The notes under the pieces were generated by a model, which saw only the letters and a list, made by a program, of their open reading frames with translations, did no database searches and was not told the DNA's origin. A stretch of DNA of 64,000 nucleotides from Puniceicoccaceae bacterium. GTDB taxonomy: Bacteria > Verrucomicrobiota > Verrucomicrobiia > Opitutales > Opitutaceae. The stretch lies in contig REEB01000196.1 of the NCBI GenBank assembly GCA_007695295.1, forward strand, positions 2,289-66,288, in the 5' to 3' direction. Made by a program: the position numbers and the translations under genes. This document shows positions 10,296 through 19,797 of the stretch, one piece after another; positions within the stretch are counted from its first letter, which is position 1; every line of letters starts with the position of its first letter.

Positions 10296-10797
10296 AATCG
10301 AGACCGTAGCCGACGACGAAGCGGTCGGGAATGCGGAAACCCACGAAGTCGGCCTCGAACTCGACTTCGCGACGGCCCTTCTTGTCGAGCAGGACGCAGG
10401 TGCGCAGGGAGGCGGGCTTAAGCTTGCGGATCACCTCCACGACCGCGGAGAGGGTTTTGCCGGTGTCGAGGATGTCGTCGATGAGGAGGACATCGCGGTT
10501 TTCGAGGTCGATCCGCATGGTGTCGAGGATGCGGGGCGGACCGAGGGAGGAGGTTTCGTGGAGGTAGCTGGAGACGCGGATGCAGTCCAGGCGGATGGGG
10601 GAGGCGATTTGGCGGAGGAGGTCGGCGGTGAAAAGGATGGCGCCGTTGATGATGGCGACGACGGTGATCTCGCGGTCGCCGTAGGTCTGGCTGATCTCCT
10701 TGCCCAGCAAGCGGATGCGCCGGGTGATGGCCTGCTGGCTGACGAGGACCCGCTCGAGGTCGCGGTGAAGGGCTTGGTGGGCTTTACGGGCGGTCAT
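10219..10797 (-). CDS. hpt: Hypoxanthine phosphoribosyltransferase
   Basis: The 365-aa ORF in the track is trimmed to the internal ATG (cat at 10795-10797), giving 192 aa. PRPP loop [14 protein letters not shown] and [14 protein letters not shown]. Confidence 0.9.
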   Translation of the reverse strand: MTARKAHQALHRDLERVLVSQQAITRRIRLLGKEISQTYGDREITVVAIINGAILFTADLLRQIASPIRLDCIRVSSYLHETSSLGPPRILDTMRIDLENRDVLLIDDILDTGKTLSAVVEVIRKLKPASLRTCVLLDKKGRREVEFEADFVGFRIPDRFVVGYGLDFAERYRNLPCIGILKPDLQNPPEWA

Positions 10798-11485
10798 GAG
10801 CGGATTCGTCGTGGTGGCGGCGGCGGGCGATTTCGAGCATGGTTTGGACCTGCTCGGGCCCCGGGGTCTTGGCGTTGATGGCGTCGGCGCGGGCGAGCAG
10901 GGTGACGGACTCCGGCTGGTCTTCCATGAGGGCGAAGGCGCCGGCGTGAAAAAAGATGAGGCGGCGAAGCTCGGGCCCGAGGTCCTGGTCGGAACGGGCC
11001 TGCTCGACGAGCCAGGGAAAGTCCTCTTGGGCGAGGGAGCGGCGGTTGAGAAAGCGCGGCACGTGGTAGCTGTTGACGGCGCGGATGAGGCGCACGGAAG
11101 GATCGTCCGGTGCGGCGGCGACGGCGCGGTCCATTTCGCGGAAGCCGCGGCTGGCGTAGCCGGGCTTGCGGAAGAGGGAGACATCGCGGGCGCGCATGAC
11201 GTAGGCGTTTCCCAAATACACGCGGGCGGGGGGTGAGTCCGGGACCAACTCGAGGACGCGCTGAAAAGCATCGATCGCCTCGAGGACGGCGGATTCGGAG
11301 CCGAGGGCGGCCTCATCGGTGAGGGCCATGCCGAGCTTCATGAGCAGCTCCGGATTTTCGGGTTCGGCGGTGGCGCGCTCGCGGAGCGCATCGAGGTCGC
11401 CGGCGGCCGCCGGCAGGGCGGAGAAAAGGAGGGCGGCGAGCCAGAGGATGCGGGCGGTGAAGGACTGGCGGAGAGGGAAAGGCAT
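10784..11485 (-). CDS. Secreted helical-repeat (TPR-like) protein, function unknown
   Basis: Trimmed to ATG at 11483-11485. Signal-like [17 protein letters not shown]. Helical-repeat composition with no catalytic motif. Overlaps the hpt start by 14 nt. Confidence 0.55.
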   Translation of the reverse strand: MPFPLRQSFTARILWLAALLFSALPAAAGDLDALRERATAEPENPELLMKLGMALTDEAALGSESAVLEAIDAFQRVLELVPDSPPARVYLGNAYVMRARDVSLFRKPGYASRGFREMDRAVAAAPDDPSVRLIRAVNSYHVPRFLNRRSLAQEDFPWLVEQARSDQDLGPELRRLIFFHAGAFALMEDQPESVTLLARADAINAKTPGPEQVQTMLEIARRRHHDESAHDRP

Positions 11486-11653
11486 CGGCGGCGGCGTTTG
11501 GGATTGTCGGATGGGAAGGTGGCAAAGCAACAGGAAACTCGACCGCGATCCGCGGGCAGGTGTCACCGGGTTGTCACCAAAAAGGGTCCCGGGAGAAGAT
11601 TTTCCTTTTGAAAGCCCGACCCTGACACCTCAGCTTGCGGGCAGTTCCAGAGG

Positions 11654-12727
11654 ATGATATCCGTAACCGTAACCCAACTGACCAAACGCTTCGGCTCCGT
11701 CGTGGCCCTGAAAAACCTCGACCTCGAGATCCGGCCGGGGGAGCTGTTTTTTCTGCTCGGGCCGAGCGGCTGCGGCAAGACCACCCTCTTGCGGAGCATC
11801 GCCGGCTTCTACATCCCCGAGGAAGGCATCATCCGTTTCGACCAAGACGACGTCACCCGCCTCCCCCCCCACAAGCGCAATACCGGGATGATGTTTCAAA
11901 GCTACGCCCTCTGGCCGCACATGTCCGTGGCGCAGAACGTTGGCTTTGGCCTCGCCGAGCGCAAGGTGCCGAAGGAGGAGATCAACCAGCGGGTGAAAGA
12001 GGCGCTGGCCAGCGTGCGCATGGAGGCCTACGGGGAGCGCCGGCCCAACCAGCTCTCGGGCGGCCAGCAGCAGCGGGTGGCCCTGGCGCGTGCGCTCGTC
12101 ATCCGGCCGCGCTGCCTGCTCCTGGACGAGCCGCTCTCCAACCTTGACGCGCGCCTGCGCCTGGAGATGCGCGGCGAGATCCGGCGGGTTTGCAAGGAGT
12201 TCAACCTCACCACCATTTACGTGACCCACGACCAGAAAGAAGCCCTCTCCATCGCCGACCGGATGGCCGTCTTGGAGGACGGGCACATCCTGCAGGTGGG
12301 CAGTCCGGAGGAGATTTACAAGCGCCCCCATACGCAGGTGGTGGCCAACTTCATCGGCGAGACGAATTTCCTTCCCGGAACTTTCGAAGGACTGGAGGGC
12401 GACCGGGCGTTGGTCAGCACCGAGCTGGGCCGTTTTCAAGGCGTGCTGCCCTCCGGCAACGGCCGGACTCCCGACCGCGGCTCGGCGGTCGTGCTTTCAA
12501 TCCGCCCGGAGTGCTTTAGCCTCAGCAAGGCCAAACCCGAGGTCAACAGCTTCGCCGGGCGGATCGGCCGCGCCACCTACCTTGGTGAGGTCGCCCAATA
12601 TGCCTTCCGGGCAAAGGAACAGGAAATGAAAGTGCTCGAACTCAACCCGCGGTTTCTCCACCTCTCGGACGGCGAGGAAGTCTTTGCCCAAGCGGCGCCC
12701 GAGGATGTGGTGGTGCTGACCTCGTGA
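11654..12727 (+). CDS. ABC transporter ATP-binding protein (PotA/FbpC/CysA-type importer ATPase)
   Basis: Walker A GPSGCGKTT, signature LSGGQQQRVALARAL, Walker B LLLDEPLSNLD, H-loop VTHDQ, and a C-terminal TOBE-like extension. Confidence 0.95.
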   Translation: MISVTVTQLTKRFGSVVALKNLDLEIRPGELFFLLGPSGCGKTTLLRSIAGFYIPEEGIIRFDQDDVTRLPPHKRNTGMMFQSYALWPHMSVAQNVGFGLAERKVPKEEINQRVKEALASVRMEAYGERRPNQLSGGQQQRVALARALVIRPRCLLLDEPLSNLDARLRLEMRGEIRRVCKEFNLTTIYVTHDQKEALSIADRMAVLEDGHILQVGSPEEIYKRPHTQVVANFIGETNFLPGTFEGLEGDRALVSTELGRFQGVLPSGNGRTPDRGSAVVLSIRPECFSLSKAKPEVNSFAGRIGRATYLGEVAQYAFRAKEQEMKVLELNPRFLHLSDGEEVFAQAAPEDVVVLTS

Positions 12728-14412
12728 TGACTGGAAACCTGAAAGACCGCCTGGCCAAAGGCTTCATCCTCGGATCGCTGGCGGTGATCCTGATCGTGCC
12801 CTTCGCGCTGCGGCCGGAGGTGGAGGAAGGCGCCGGGCAGGACACCCTCGTCATCATCTCGCCGCACAACGAGGCCATCCGGCACGAGTTCGGCCAGGCC
12901 TTTCGCGCCTGGTACCGTGAACAGACCGGGCGGACCGTGCGGATGGATTGGCGCGTTCTGGGCGGCACGAGCGAGATCAACCGCTTTGTGGAATCGGAAT
13001 ACTTCAACGGATTCCGCCTCCACTGGACCCGCACCCTGGGCCGGCCCTGGGACGAGCGGGTGATCGCGGCCATGTTCGACCACCGGATCGAGCTGCCCGC
13101 GGATCCCGCCCTCGACACGATTGAGCAGGCGGCCCGACGCGCCTTTCTGGCTTCGGAGGTGGGCATCGGCCTGGACCTGTTTTTCGGCGGCGGCAGTTTC
13201 GACCTCGCCCGGCATGCCCGCTCGGGTTTTCTGGTGCCCTCAAGGATCTACGAGACCCACCCGGAGTGGTTTGCCGACGACATCTTTCCCGAGACCTTTC
13301 GCGGGGAGCCCTACCGTGATCCGGCGGGCCGGTGGATCGGCACCGTCCTCTCCAGCTTCGGCATTCTGTACAATTACGACAGCCTCCGGCGCCTGGGCAT
13401 CGAGCAGCCTCCCCGCCAGTGGGTGGATCTGACCGACCCACGGTTTTTCCGCGAGCTGGCCCTGGCGGATCCGACCAAGAGCGGCTCCATCACCAAGGCC
13501 TTTGAAATGGTGATCCAGCAGGAAATGCGGCGCCTCTATGAAGAAGGCCTGGAGGAAGGGCTGGCCGCGGCCGAGGCCGAGGAGCGGGCCGTGCGGGCCG
13601 GCTGGCTGAACGGCATCGGCATCATCCAGCTCATGGGTGCGAACGCCCGCTACTTCACCGACAGTGCTTCCAAGCCCAACATCGACGTCGCCCAAGGTGA
13701 CTCCGCCGCCGGGCTCTGCATCGATTTTTACGGCCGCTACCAAGCCGAGGTGGTGCAACGGCGGGATGACTCCTCACGGCTGCGCTTCATCACGCCGCCG
13801 GGCGGATCGGTTTTTTCCGCCGATCCCATCGGGCTGATGCGCGGCGCCCCCAACCCGGAAGTGGCGGAGCGCTTCATAGAGTTTGTCTTGAGCAAACAAG
13901 GACAGGCGCTTTGGAACCTGCGGCCCGGGACCCCGGGCGGGTCACAGCGCTTTGCGTTGCGCCGGCAACCCATCCGGATGGATGTCTATACCGAGGAAAA
14001 CCGCCGCCACTTCAGCGATCCCGAGGTCGATCCCTTCTCCGACGAAGATCCCTTCTACTACCGGTCGGATTGGACCGGTCCGCTTTTCCGGCAGATCGGT
14101 TTCGTGGTCCGGATGGTCTGCCTCGATCCCTTTGATGAGCTGGTGCGGGCCTGGCGGGCAATCATCGAGGCCGGCATGCCGGAGGAAGCACTGGCGGTGT
14201 TGACGGATCTTTCCCGGGTGGACTTGGAGGAAACCCGCGGAACGATTTCCCAAGCCGTGCGCAGTGCCAATCCGCTCGATGAAATCCGGCTCGCGCGGGA
14301 CTTGAACCGGCATTTCCGCCAGCAGTACCGGGAAGCCGAAAGGATCGCACGTGAAGCGGAACGGCAGCGCCGGACCGGTGCGACCCTCCAGGGCCCGGCG
14401 CGGGAGGGATGA
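12724..14412 (+). CDS. Membrane-anchored ABC-type extracellular solute-binding protein (substrate unknown)
   Basis: 4-nt ATGA overlap with the ATPase stop. N-terminal anchor ILGSLAVILIVPF. Binding-protein-like body (TLVIISPHNEAIRHEF..., ...DLFFGGGSFD..., ...FITPPGGSVFSADPI). Charged C-terminal tail. The family call is by resemblance only. Confidence 0.7.
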   Translation: MMTGNLKDRLAKGFILGSLAVILIVPFALRPEVEEGAGQDTLVIISPHNEAIRHEFGQAFRAWYREQTGRTVRMDWRVLGGTSEINRFVESEYFNGFRLHWTRTLGRPWDERVIAAMFDHRIELPADPALDTIEQAARRAFLASEVGIGLDLFFGGGSFDLARHARSGFLVPSRIYETHPEWFADDIFPETFRGEPYRDPAGRWIGTVLSSFGILYNYDSLRRLGIEQPPRQWVDLTDPRFFRELALADPTKSGSITKAFEMVIQQEMRRLYEEGLEEGLAAAEAEERAVRAGWLNGIGIIQLMGANARYFTDSASKPNIDVAQGDSAAGLCIDFYGRYQAEVVQRRDDSSRLRFITPPGGSVFSADPIGLMRGAPNPEVAERFIEFVLSKQGQALWNLRPGTPGGSQRFALRRQPIRMDVYTEENRRHFSDPEVDPFSDEDPFYYRSDWTGPLFRQIGFVVRMVCLDPFDELVRAWRAIIEAGMPEEALAVLTDLSRVDLEETRGTISQAVRSANPLDEIRLARDLNRHFRQQYREAERIAREAERQRRTGATLQGPAREG

Positions 14413-14449
14413 CCCTTTCTAAGGAACCTGACCCGAGACGCAAACGACC

Positions 14450-14959
14450 ATGACAGACGCCAACGGTGAGCTTTGGGACATCTATGATGCCTCCGGGAAA
14501 AAGCAGGGGAGGACGATTCAGCGCGGGCACACGCTTCAGCCGGGCGAGTACCACCTTGTCGTGCAGGTGTGGCCGCGGGACTCGGCGGGACGCTTTTTGA
14601 TCCAGAAGCGGCCGCAGCACCTCAAGTACTTGCCCGGCCGTTGGGCGGCGACGGGGGGCTCGGTGCTGGCGGGGGAAACCAGCCGGCAGGGAGCGGTCCG
14701 CGAATTGGCGGAAGAGCTGGGGTGGACGGTCCAGCCCGAAGACCTGACCTGCATTCTTGAAGAGCGGAGTGGAAACGCCCTCAGCTCGGCCTGGTTGCTG
14801 GAGTGCGACCTGCCGGTGGCTGAAGTCGTGCTGCAAACCGAGGAGGTGGAGGAGGTTCGATGGGCGAGCTCGGCGGAGATCCGCGGGATGGTCGAGGACG
14901 GCCGCTTCTATGATTACGGGAAAGCCTATTTCGACGCTGTCCTGGGGAAGGCGGATTAA
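14450..14959 (+). CDS. NUDIX hydrolase
   Basis: Nudix box GGSVLAGETSRQGAVRELAEELGW matches Gx5Ex7REUxEExGU. Confidence 0.85.
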   Translation: MTDANGELWDIYDASGKKQGRTIQRGHTLQPGEYHLVVQVWPRDSAGRFLIQKRPQHLKYLPGRWAATGGSVLAGETSRQGAVRELAEELGWTVQPEDLTCILEERSGNALSSAWLLECDLPVAEVVLQTEEVEEVRWASSAEIRGMVEDGRFYDYGKAYFDAVLGKAD

Positions 14960-15082
14960 GGCGAAGACCTCCGGACTGAAGGATAAAATCTTAGCGTTCG
15001 GCGGATAACGAGAGCGGGCAAGGGCATCGGGAGGTGGTTTTGCTGTTCGCGCCACCGAAGGCGGGGGGCTTGAGTGCGGGGG

Positions 15083-15856
15083 ATGGAACCGCCCTCCGAA
15101 CGCAAGTCGCCTTCCGGGCCCCCGGATCCCCTTCCCCCGGTGCCACCGCATCCGCCGCCACCACCGTCGCCGCTGCAACCTCCGCCACCGGGCGAGGCCC
15201 CGCCGCCGGACGAAATTCCGACCCCCGAGCCGCCGCCTTCGCCACCAAAAGAGACGGAGAACCGGTCCGTTCCTCCACCCCTGCCTCCGCAGCAGACCAT
15301 CCAACCCCCGCCGCTGCCGCCGGAGATGGCGGGAAAAGATCCGCCATGGTTGCCGGGCCGGCCCGACGATGCGGAGGAACACCCCGTCGATCCCCAGTGG
15401 ATCACCCTGCGGCGCCTGGGAAATCTCATCCGCACCACCATCCTCGGGCTCATGGGGTTGACCGGCACCCTTATCTTTCTCGGGTTGGTCGGGTGGTCCT
15501 CGGCGGCCAAGCTGACATTCTTGGCGGGCGTGGCGGGGTTTTTCTGCGCCCTCTACATCCTCGGCATGATCACTCCGGTGCTGGCCTACCGGCGCTACCG
15601 CTGGCGATTGGACGGGGAGACACTGCTGGTGCGCCGGGGCATCTGGTGGCGGATCGAGACCCTGGTGCCGAAGTCCCGGATCCAGCACACGGACGTGACC
15701 CAGGGGCCGCTGGAACGGCTCTTTCACACCTCCAGCCTGGTGGTGCACACGGCCGGAACGCGCTTTGCCATCGTGGAGGTGGACGGCCTGCCGACGGGCC
15801 TGGCGCCAAAAATGCGCGACCACCTGCTCGATCTCCGGCCGGATGAATCCCTCTGA
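15083..15856 (+). CDS. YdbS-like membrane protein with one bacterial PH (bPH_2/DUF304) domain and a proline-rich N-terminal extension
   Basis: TM hairpin LGLMGLTGTLIFLGLVGW / FLAGVAGFFCALYILGMI followed by YRWRLDGETLLVRRGIWWRIETLVPKSRIQH. Start is ambiguous: GTG 15074, ATG 15083, or ATG 15326, which would skip the Pro-rich part. Confidence 0.7.
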   Translation: MEPPSERKSPSGPPDPLPPVPPHPPPPPSPLQPPPPGEAPPPDEIPTPEPPPSPPKETENRSVPPPLPPQQTIQPPPLPPEMAGKDPPWLPGRPDDAEEHPVDPQWITLRRLGNLIRTTILGLMGLTGTLIFLGLVGWSSAAKLTFLAGVAGFFCALYILGMITPVLAYRRYRWRLDGETLLVRRGIWWRIETLVPKSRIQHTDVTQGPLERLFHTSSLVVHTAGTRFAIVEVDGLPTGLAPKMRDHLLDLRPDESL

Positions 15857-17375
15857 GCAATCCATCGCCAACGGGGAGTGGCGCCGGCTCCACCCGCTCA
15901 ACCTGCTCCTCGATCTCTTTGGCGCTTTGCGGAGCCTGGTCATCCCGATCCTGGTGGGGGCGATTTCCCTGCCGGGGCGGGCCCTGATGGTGATCCTGCC
16001 GGTGCTGGGCGCGCTTTCGGTCACCGCGATCGTGATTCGGTATTGGAAACGCCAATACAAATTGAGTGAAAAGGATCTGGTCGTGCGGGAGGGACTGCTG
16101 GCCCGCAAAGTGAGAAATGTGCCGTATTGGAAAATCCAAAACATCGACACCGTGCGCAATCCCCTGCACCGGCTCTTCGGCGTTGTCGGGGTACGCCTGG
16201 AATCGGCCAGCGGCAGTGAACCGGAGGCGGTGCTGGAGGCGCTCAGCGTGGAGGCGGTGGAGGAGCTGGAAGCGGCCATCCGCGAGCGGGGCGGCGAGGC
16301 GCCCGCGGAAGCGCGGGTGGGGGCGGGGACGGCGGGCGAGGGCAACGGGGCGGCGGAGGAGGCTCCGGCCCGGCTGCTCTATCGGATCCGCGGCCGGGAA
16401 CTGGTGCGGCTGGGTTTGGCTTGGAACCGCGGACTGGTGATCGTGGGGGCGCTCGTGGCCTACCTTTTCTCCTACGGGCGGGTGGAGGAGCGACTGCCCA
16501 TGATCGAGCGCTGGCTGCGCGCGACGCTCGACCGGGTGACGCCGTTTGCGGGCGATGTGCCGGCTTGGTTGCCGGTGGTGGCGGGCGTGGTCCTGGCCTT
16601 GGCGCTGCTGGTGGGCCTTTCCATTTTGTATGTGTTTTTCCGCTACCATGGGTTTACTCTTGAAGGCACCGATGACCGGCTGCGGACCGTGCAGGGTCTC
16701 TTCACCCGGGCGACGGCGACGATCCCGCGGCGGCGCGTCCAGCGGGTCATGGTCACGCAGAATCTGATCCTGCGATGGCTGGGCGGGGTCTCGGTGCGGG
16801 TGGAGACGGCGGGGCACTCGGAGCATGCCGGCGGCTGGCAGTCGGAGCGTTACCTGGCACCCTACCTGCCGCAGGAGCGTTTGGATGCGTTCATGACCGA
16901 GGTGCTGCCTGACTGGGCGTGGTCCGGGCTGGAGTGGCGGCCGGTCTCGACCCGGGCGAAGCGTCGGCTGCTGCGGATCCGGCTCTCGGCGGTGCTGGTG
17001 GTGATCGGAGTGGCGGGGTGGTTGACGACCCCTTGGGCGCTGGCGTTGCTGCCCCTGCTGGTCGGGTGGGTGGTGGCTTATGTGAAAGGCTATGTCACCT
17101 ATGCGGGCTTCGCGCTCGGTCCGGATACGGTCGCCTACCGGAGCGGTTGGCTGAAGCGGGAACAGAGCCTGGTGGCTTTTTCGCGGGTGCAGGTGGTGGC
17201 GCTGGAGGAAAGCCCCTTCGACCGCCGGTGGAAGATGGCCAATGTGAATGTGGACACCGCGGGGGCGTCGATGGCCGCGCATTGGATGCGCCTGCGGCAC
17301 CTGGAGCGAAGCGATGCGGAAGAGGTCTGGCGCACCCTCGACAGCCGGGTGCGGGACACGGACTTCAAGTGGTGA
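15843..17375 (+). CDS. YdbT-like membrane protein with three tandem bPH_2 domains
   Basis: Trimmed to ATG 15843 (14-nt overlap with the preceding gene). Three repeats of a TM hairpin plus a Y-x-[LF]-x...L-x-x-R-x-G-[LW]-x-x-R motif: YKLSEKDLVVREGLLARK, HGFTLEGTDDRLRTVQGLFTR, AGFALGPDTVAYRSGWLKRE. Confidence 0.75.
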   Translation: MNPSEQSIANGEWRRLHPLNLLLDLFGALRSLVIPILVGAISLPGRALMVILPVLGALSVTAIVIRYWKRQYKLSEKDLVVREGLLARKVRNVPYWKIQNIDTVRNPLHRLFGVVGVRLESASGSEPEAVLEALSVEAVEELEAAIRERGGEAPAEARVGAGTAGEGNGAAEEAPARLLYRIRGRELVRLGLAWNRGLVIVGALVAYLFSYGRVEERLPMIERWLRATLDRVTPFAGDVPAWLPVVAGVVLALALLVGLSILYVFFRYHGFTLEGTDDRLRTVQGLFTRATATIPRRRVQRVMVTQNLILRWLGGVSVRVETAGHSEHAGGWQSERYLAPYLPQERLDAFMTEVLPDWAWSGLEWRPVSTRAKRRLLRIRLSAVLVVIGVAGWLTTPWALALLPLLVGWVVAYVKGYVTYAGFALGPDTVAYRSGWLKREQSLVAFSRVQVVALEESPFDRRWKMANVNVDTAGASMAAHWMRLRHLERSDAEEVWRTLDSRVRDTDFKW

Positions 17376-18327
17376 GGGGCGTCGGAGCGGCCTCGGGGGA
17401 GGCCCGGTTCATCCAGGGGAGTGAGAAATAGCGGTCGGAGCGATCGCAGAGGAGGGTCACAACCCGGGCGCCACGGGGCAGCGAAGCGGCGACCTCGAGC
17501 GCGGCGACGACATTGGCGCCGGCTGAGACGCCGACAGGAAGGCCGAAGCAATCCTGCAGGCGGCGGGTCATGGCCTGGGCGTCGGCGGAGCGGACAGGGA
17601 TGCGGTCATCGATCGGCGCCTGGCGGAGCAGAGGCGGGATGAACCCGCCGGCCACCCCCTCGATGGCATGGCAGCACGGGGCTTCGCCGGCGAGGAGGGC
17701 GGACTCGGCGGGCTCCATGGCGACGATACGGATGCCACCGCTCCAAGCCTTGAGGGCGCGGCCCACGCCCGCAAGGGAGCCTCCGGTGCCGTAGCCACTG
17801 ACAAAGGCATCGACCGCTCCGCCGGCTTGGGTGAGGATTTCCCGGCCGGTCTGTTCCTCGTGGTCCTCGGCGTTGAGAGGATTTTCGAACTGCCGGGGGA
17901 GAAAGTACCGCGGGTCCGAGACCGCCATTTCCTCGGCCAGGGCGATGCCGGTGCGGTAGCCCTCGGTGGCATCGAAGAGGATGAGCCGGGCGCCGAACTG
18001 CCGGATGAGCAGGCGGCGCTCAATGCTGGCGCTGGTGGACATGAGGATCGTGACCTGGTGGCCAAGCAGGGTCCCGATCATGGCGAGGGCGATGCCCGTG
18101 TTGCCGCTGGTGCACTCGAGGATGATGCCGTCGGGCCGCAGGAGGCCGTTTTCCCGGGCATGGAGCAGGCAGTGGCGGGCGAAGCGGTCCTTGATGCTGC
18201 CGCTGGGATTGAGAAACTCCGCTTTGGCCCAGATGGTGAGATCGCGCTCCGGGAAATGGAGCGGCAGGAGCGGGGTGGATCCGATGCAATCGAGCAGCGG
18301 CGTGGCGGTGGAAGCGAGGACCTGCAT
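17365..18327 (-). CDS. Cysteine synthase family PLP-dependent enzyme (CysK/CysM-like)
   Basis: PLP-lysine motif NPSGSIKDR, TSGNTGIALA, and glycine loop GYGTGGSLAGVG. Convergent 11-nt overlap with the ydbT-like gene. Confidence 0.85.
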   Translation of the reverse strand: MQVLASTATPLLDCIGSTPLLPLHFPERDLTIWAKAEFLNPSGSIKDRFARHCLLHARENGLLRPDGIILECTSGNTGIALAMIGTLLGHQVTILMSTSASIERRLLIRQFGARLILFDATEGYRTGIALAEEMAVSDPRYFLPRQFENPLNAEDHEEQTGREILTQAGGAVDAFVSGYGTGGSLAGVGRALKAWSGGIRIVAMEPAESALLAGEAPCCHAIEGVAGGFIPPLLRQAPIDDRIPVRSADAQAMTRRLQDCFGLPVGVSAGANVVAALEVAASLPRGARVVTLLCDRSDRYFSLPWMNRASPEAAPTPLTT

Positions 18328-18605
18328 GGAGTGGAAAGTGCGGCCTGCTTGCCGTGGCTGGTCTCGGCGGGCCGATTAATCCCCGGAGTCTATCGGATCC
18401 CGCCGGGACCGCCAATAGGCCTTTGGACACAAATCCCGGCAGCGGCCGGGAGTTTGCGAATATCGGCCCCGCACTCATCCTGGAAAGGGCGGGCGAGGCC
18501 AGGTGGCGTTTGGACTGGCAGGAATGCTGCTGGTATGGTAGTTCTTCACCTTGTAACGGGCTGGTCCCGGCCGCCAGGACCGTCCCGTTGCCACGACCGA
18601 AACCA

Positions 18606-19772
18606 ATGATTGAAAGCATTCAGACGCGGGAACCACGGTTCTCCACCCCCGAGCTTGCCGGTCAGTTGCAGGCCCTGCAGGAGTCCTGTGAGCTGCACGA
18701 GTTGTGGTCGGCGGTGCGGGGCATTCTCACCATCGGCTTGGAAGAGCTGCACTCCTTCACCTTTTTTCTCGATGGCAAGGAGCGCTTTCCCGGCACCCAG
18801 ACCCTGCACCACCCCAACAGTATTCATGATTTGGATTGGTGGCGGCGGCGCAGCCGTCTTTCTCCGACGCACGCCTTTCTCGACCAGCACCCGCGGGTGC
18901 CGCGCTACAGCTTGGATGAAATTGTGCCGCGCACGGATGAGCTGGTCCGAAGCGATTTTTACCGCCATGTGCTGGTGGAGGAAGGCTGGAACAAGCTCGT
19001 CGGCCTGGCCTTCTGGGACCGCGGCGAGCGCCGCAGCATTCTCTGTCTGCGCCGGGCTTTCAACCACTCTGAGTTCAAACCCTGGGAGCTGGCGCTCCTC
19101 GACGAGTTGCACCCGCATCTGGACGTGGCCTTGCGGCGGGTGGAAAAAATCGAGCGGCTTCGCCAGCAGCGAGCCTGCCTGGAGCGGTTTCTGGGCAATT
19201 TCCCCGAGGGTATTCTCACGCTCAACGACCGCTTCGAGGTCTTGTTCGGCAACGAAAAAGCCTACGACGCCTGCTTTCTCTGGAACCACGGCCATCCCTG
19301 TCCGCGGGCCCTGAGCAGCCGCGCCACTTTCGAAATCCCGACCGACTTCCAACAGGCCTACGGGCGGCTGATGGAGCAGAGCATGGCCGGCGGGCGCCCC
19401 GGGCAGCCCTTCGAGCGGCTGCACCATCCGACGGTGCCGGATTTCACGGCCACCGTGAGCCTGGTGAAGGACAAAGCTTCGCTGGTGCTGGCGCCATTGC
19501 TCTTCATTCACTTTCATCCGCCGGCGGAGTTGCCGGGAGGGCTGCGGGTCGGTGAGCCGGAGTCGCGCATGGTGCTGCTGAGCCGGCTCACGCCGCGGGA
19601 GCAGGAAGTGGCCCTCCTGGCCGCCGAAGGTCTGACCAACGAGGAAGTGGCGGACCGCCTCAAGAAGAGCCTGGGCACCGTCAAAAACCAGCTCCAATCG
19701 GTTTTCCAGAAATTGAATATCCACAACCGCGCCCGCCTCATCTCCGTGCTCGGATCCGGGCCGGTGGGCTGA
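18606..19772 (+). CDS. LuxR-family transcriptional regulator with an uncharacterised N-terminal sensor region
   Basis: Trimmed to ATG 18606. C-terminal HTH LTPREQEVALLAAEGLTNEEVADRLKKSLGTVKNQLQSVFQKLNIHNRARL. Confidence 0.8.
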   Translation: MIESIQTREPRFSTPELAGQLQALQESCELHELWSAVRGILTIGLEELHSFTFFLDGKERFPGTQTLHHPNSIHDLDWWRRRSRLSPTHAFLDQHPRVPRYSLDEIVPRTDELVRSDFYRHVLVEEGWNKLVGLAFWDRGERRSILCLRRAFNHSEFKPWELALLDELHPHLDVALRRVEKIERLRQQRACLERFLGNFPEGILTLNDRFEVLFGNEKAYDACFLWNHGHPCPRALSSRATFEIPTDFQQAYGRLMEQSMAGGRPGQPFERLHHPTVPDFTATVSLVKDKASLVLAPLLFIHFHPPAELPGGLRVGEPESRMVLLSRLTPREQEVALLAAEGLTNEEVADRLKKSLGTVKNQLQSVFQKLNIHNRARLISVLGSGPVG

Positions 19773-19797
19773 GCGCCGCCGGTCCACCAGGCAAACT

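Noticed and set aside
10219-11316. N-terminally extended versions of real genes as given in the ORF track: 10219-11316, 42554-44206, 47498-49666, 49185-51173, 56829-58610, 57558-60674, 33746-35155 and 18354-19772.
   Set aside because: The extensions are low-complexity, overlap neighbouring genes, and precede internal start codons. Those internal starts give proteins of canonical length with N-termini, signal peptides or first motifs in the expected place.
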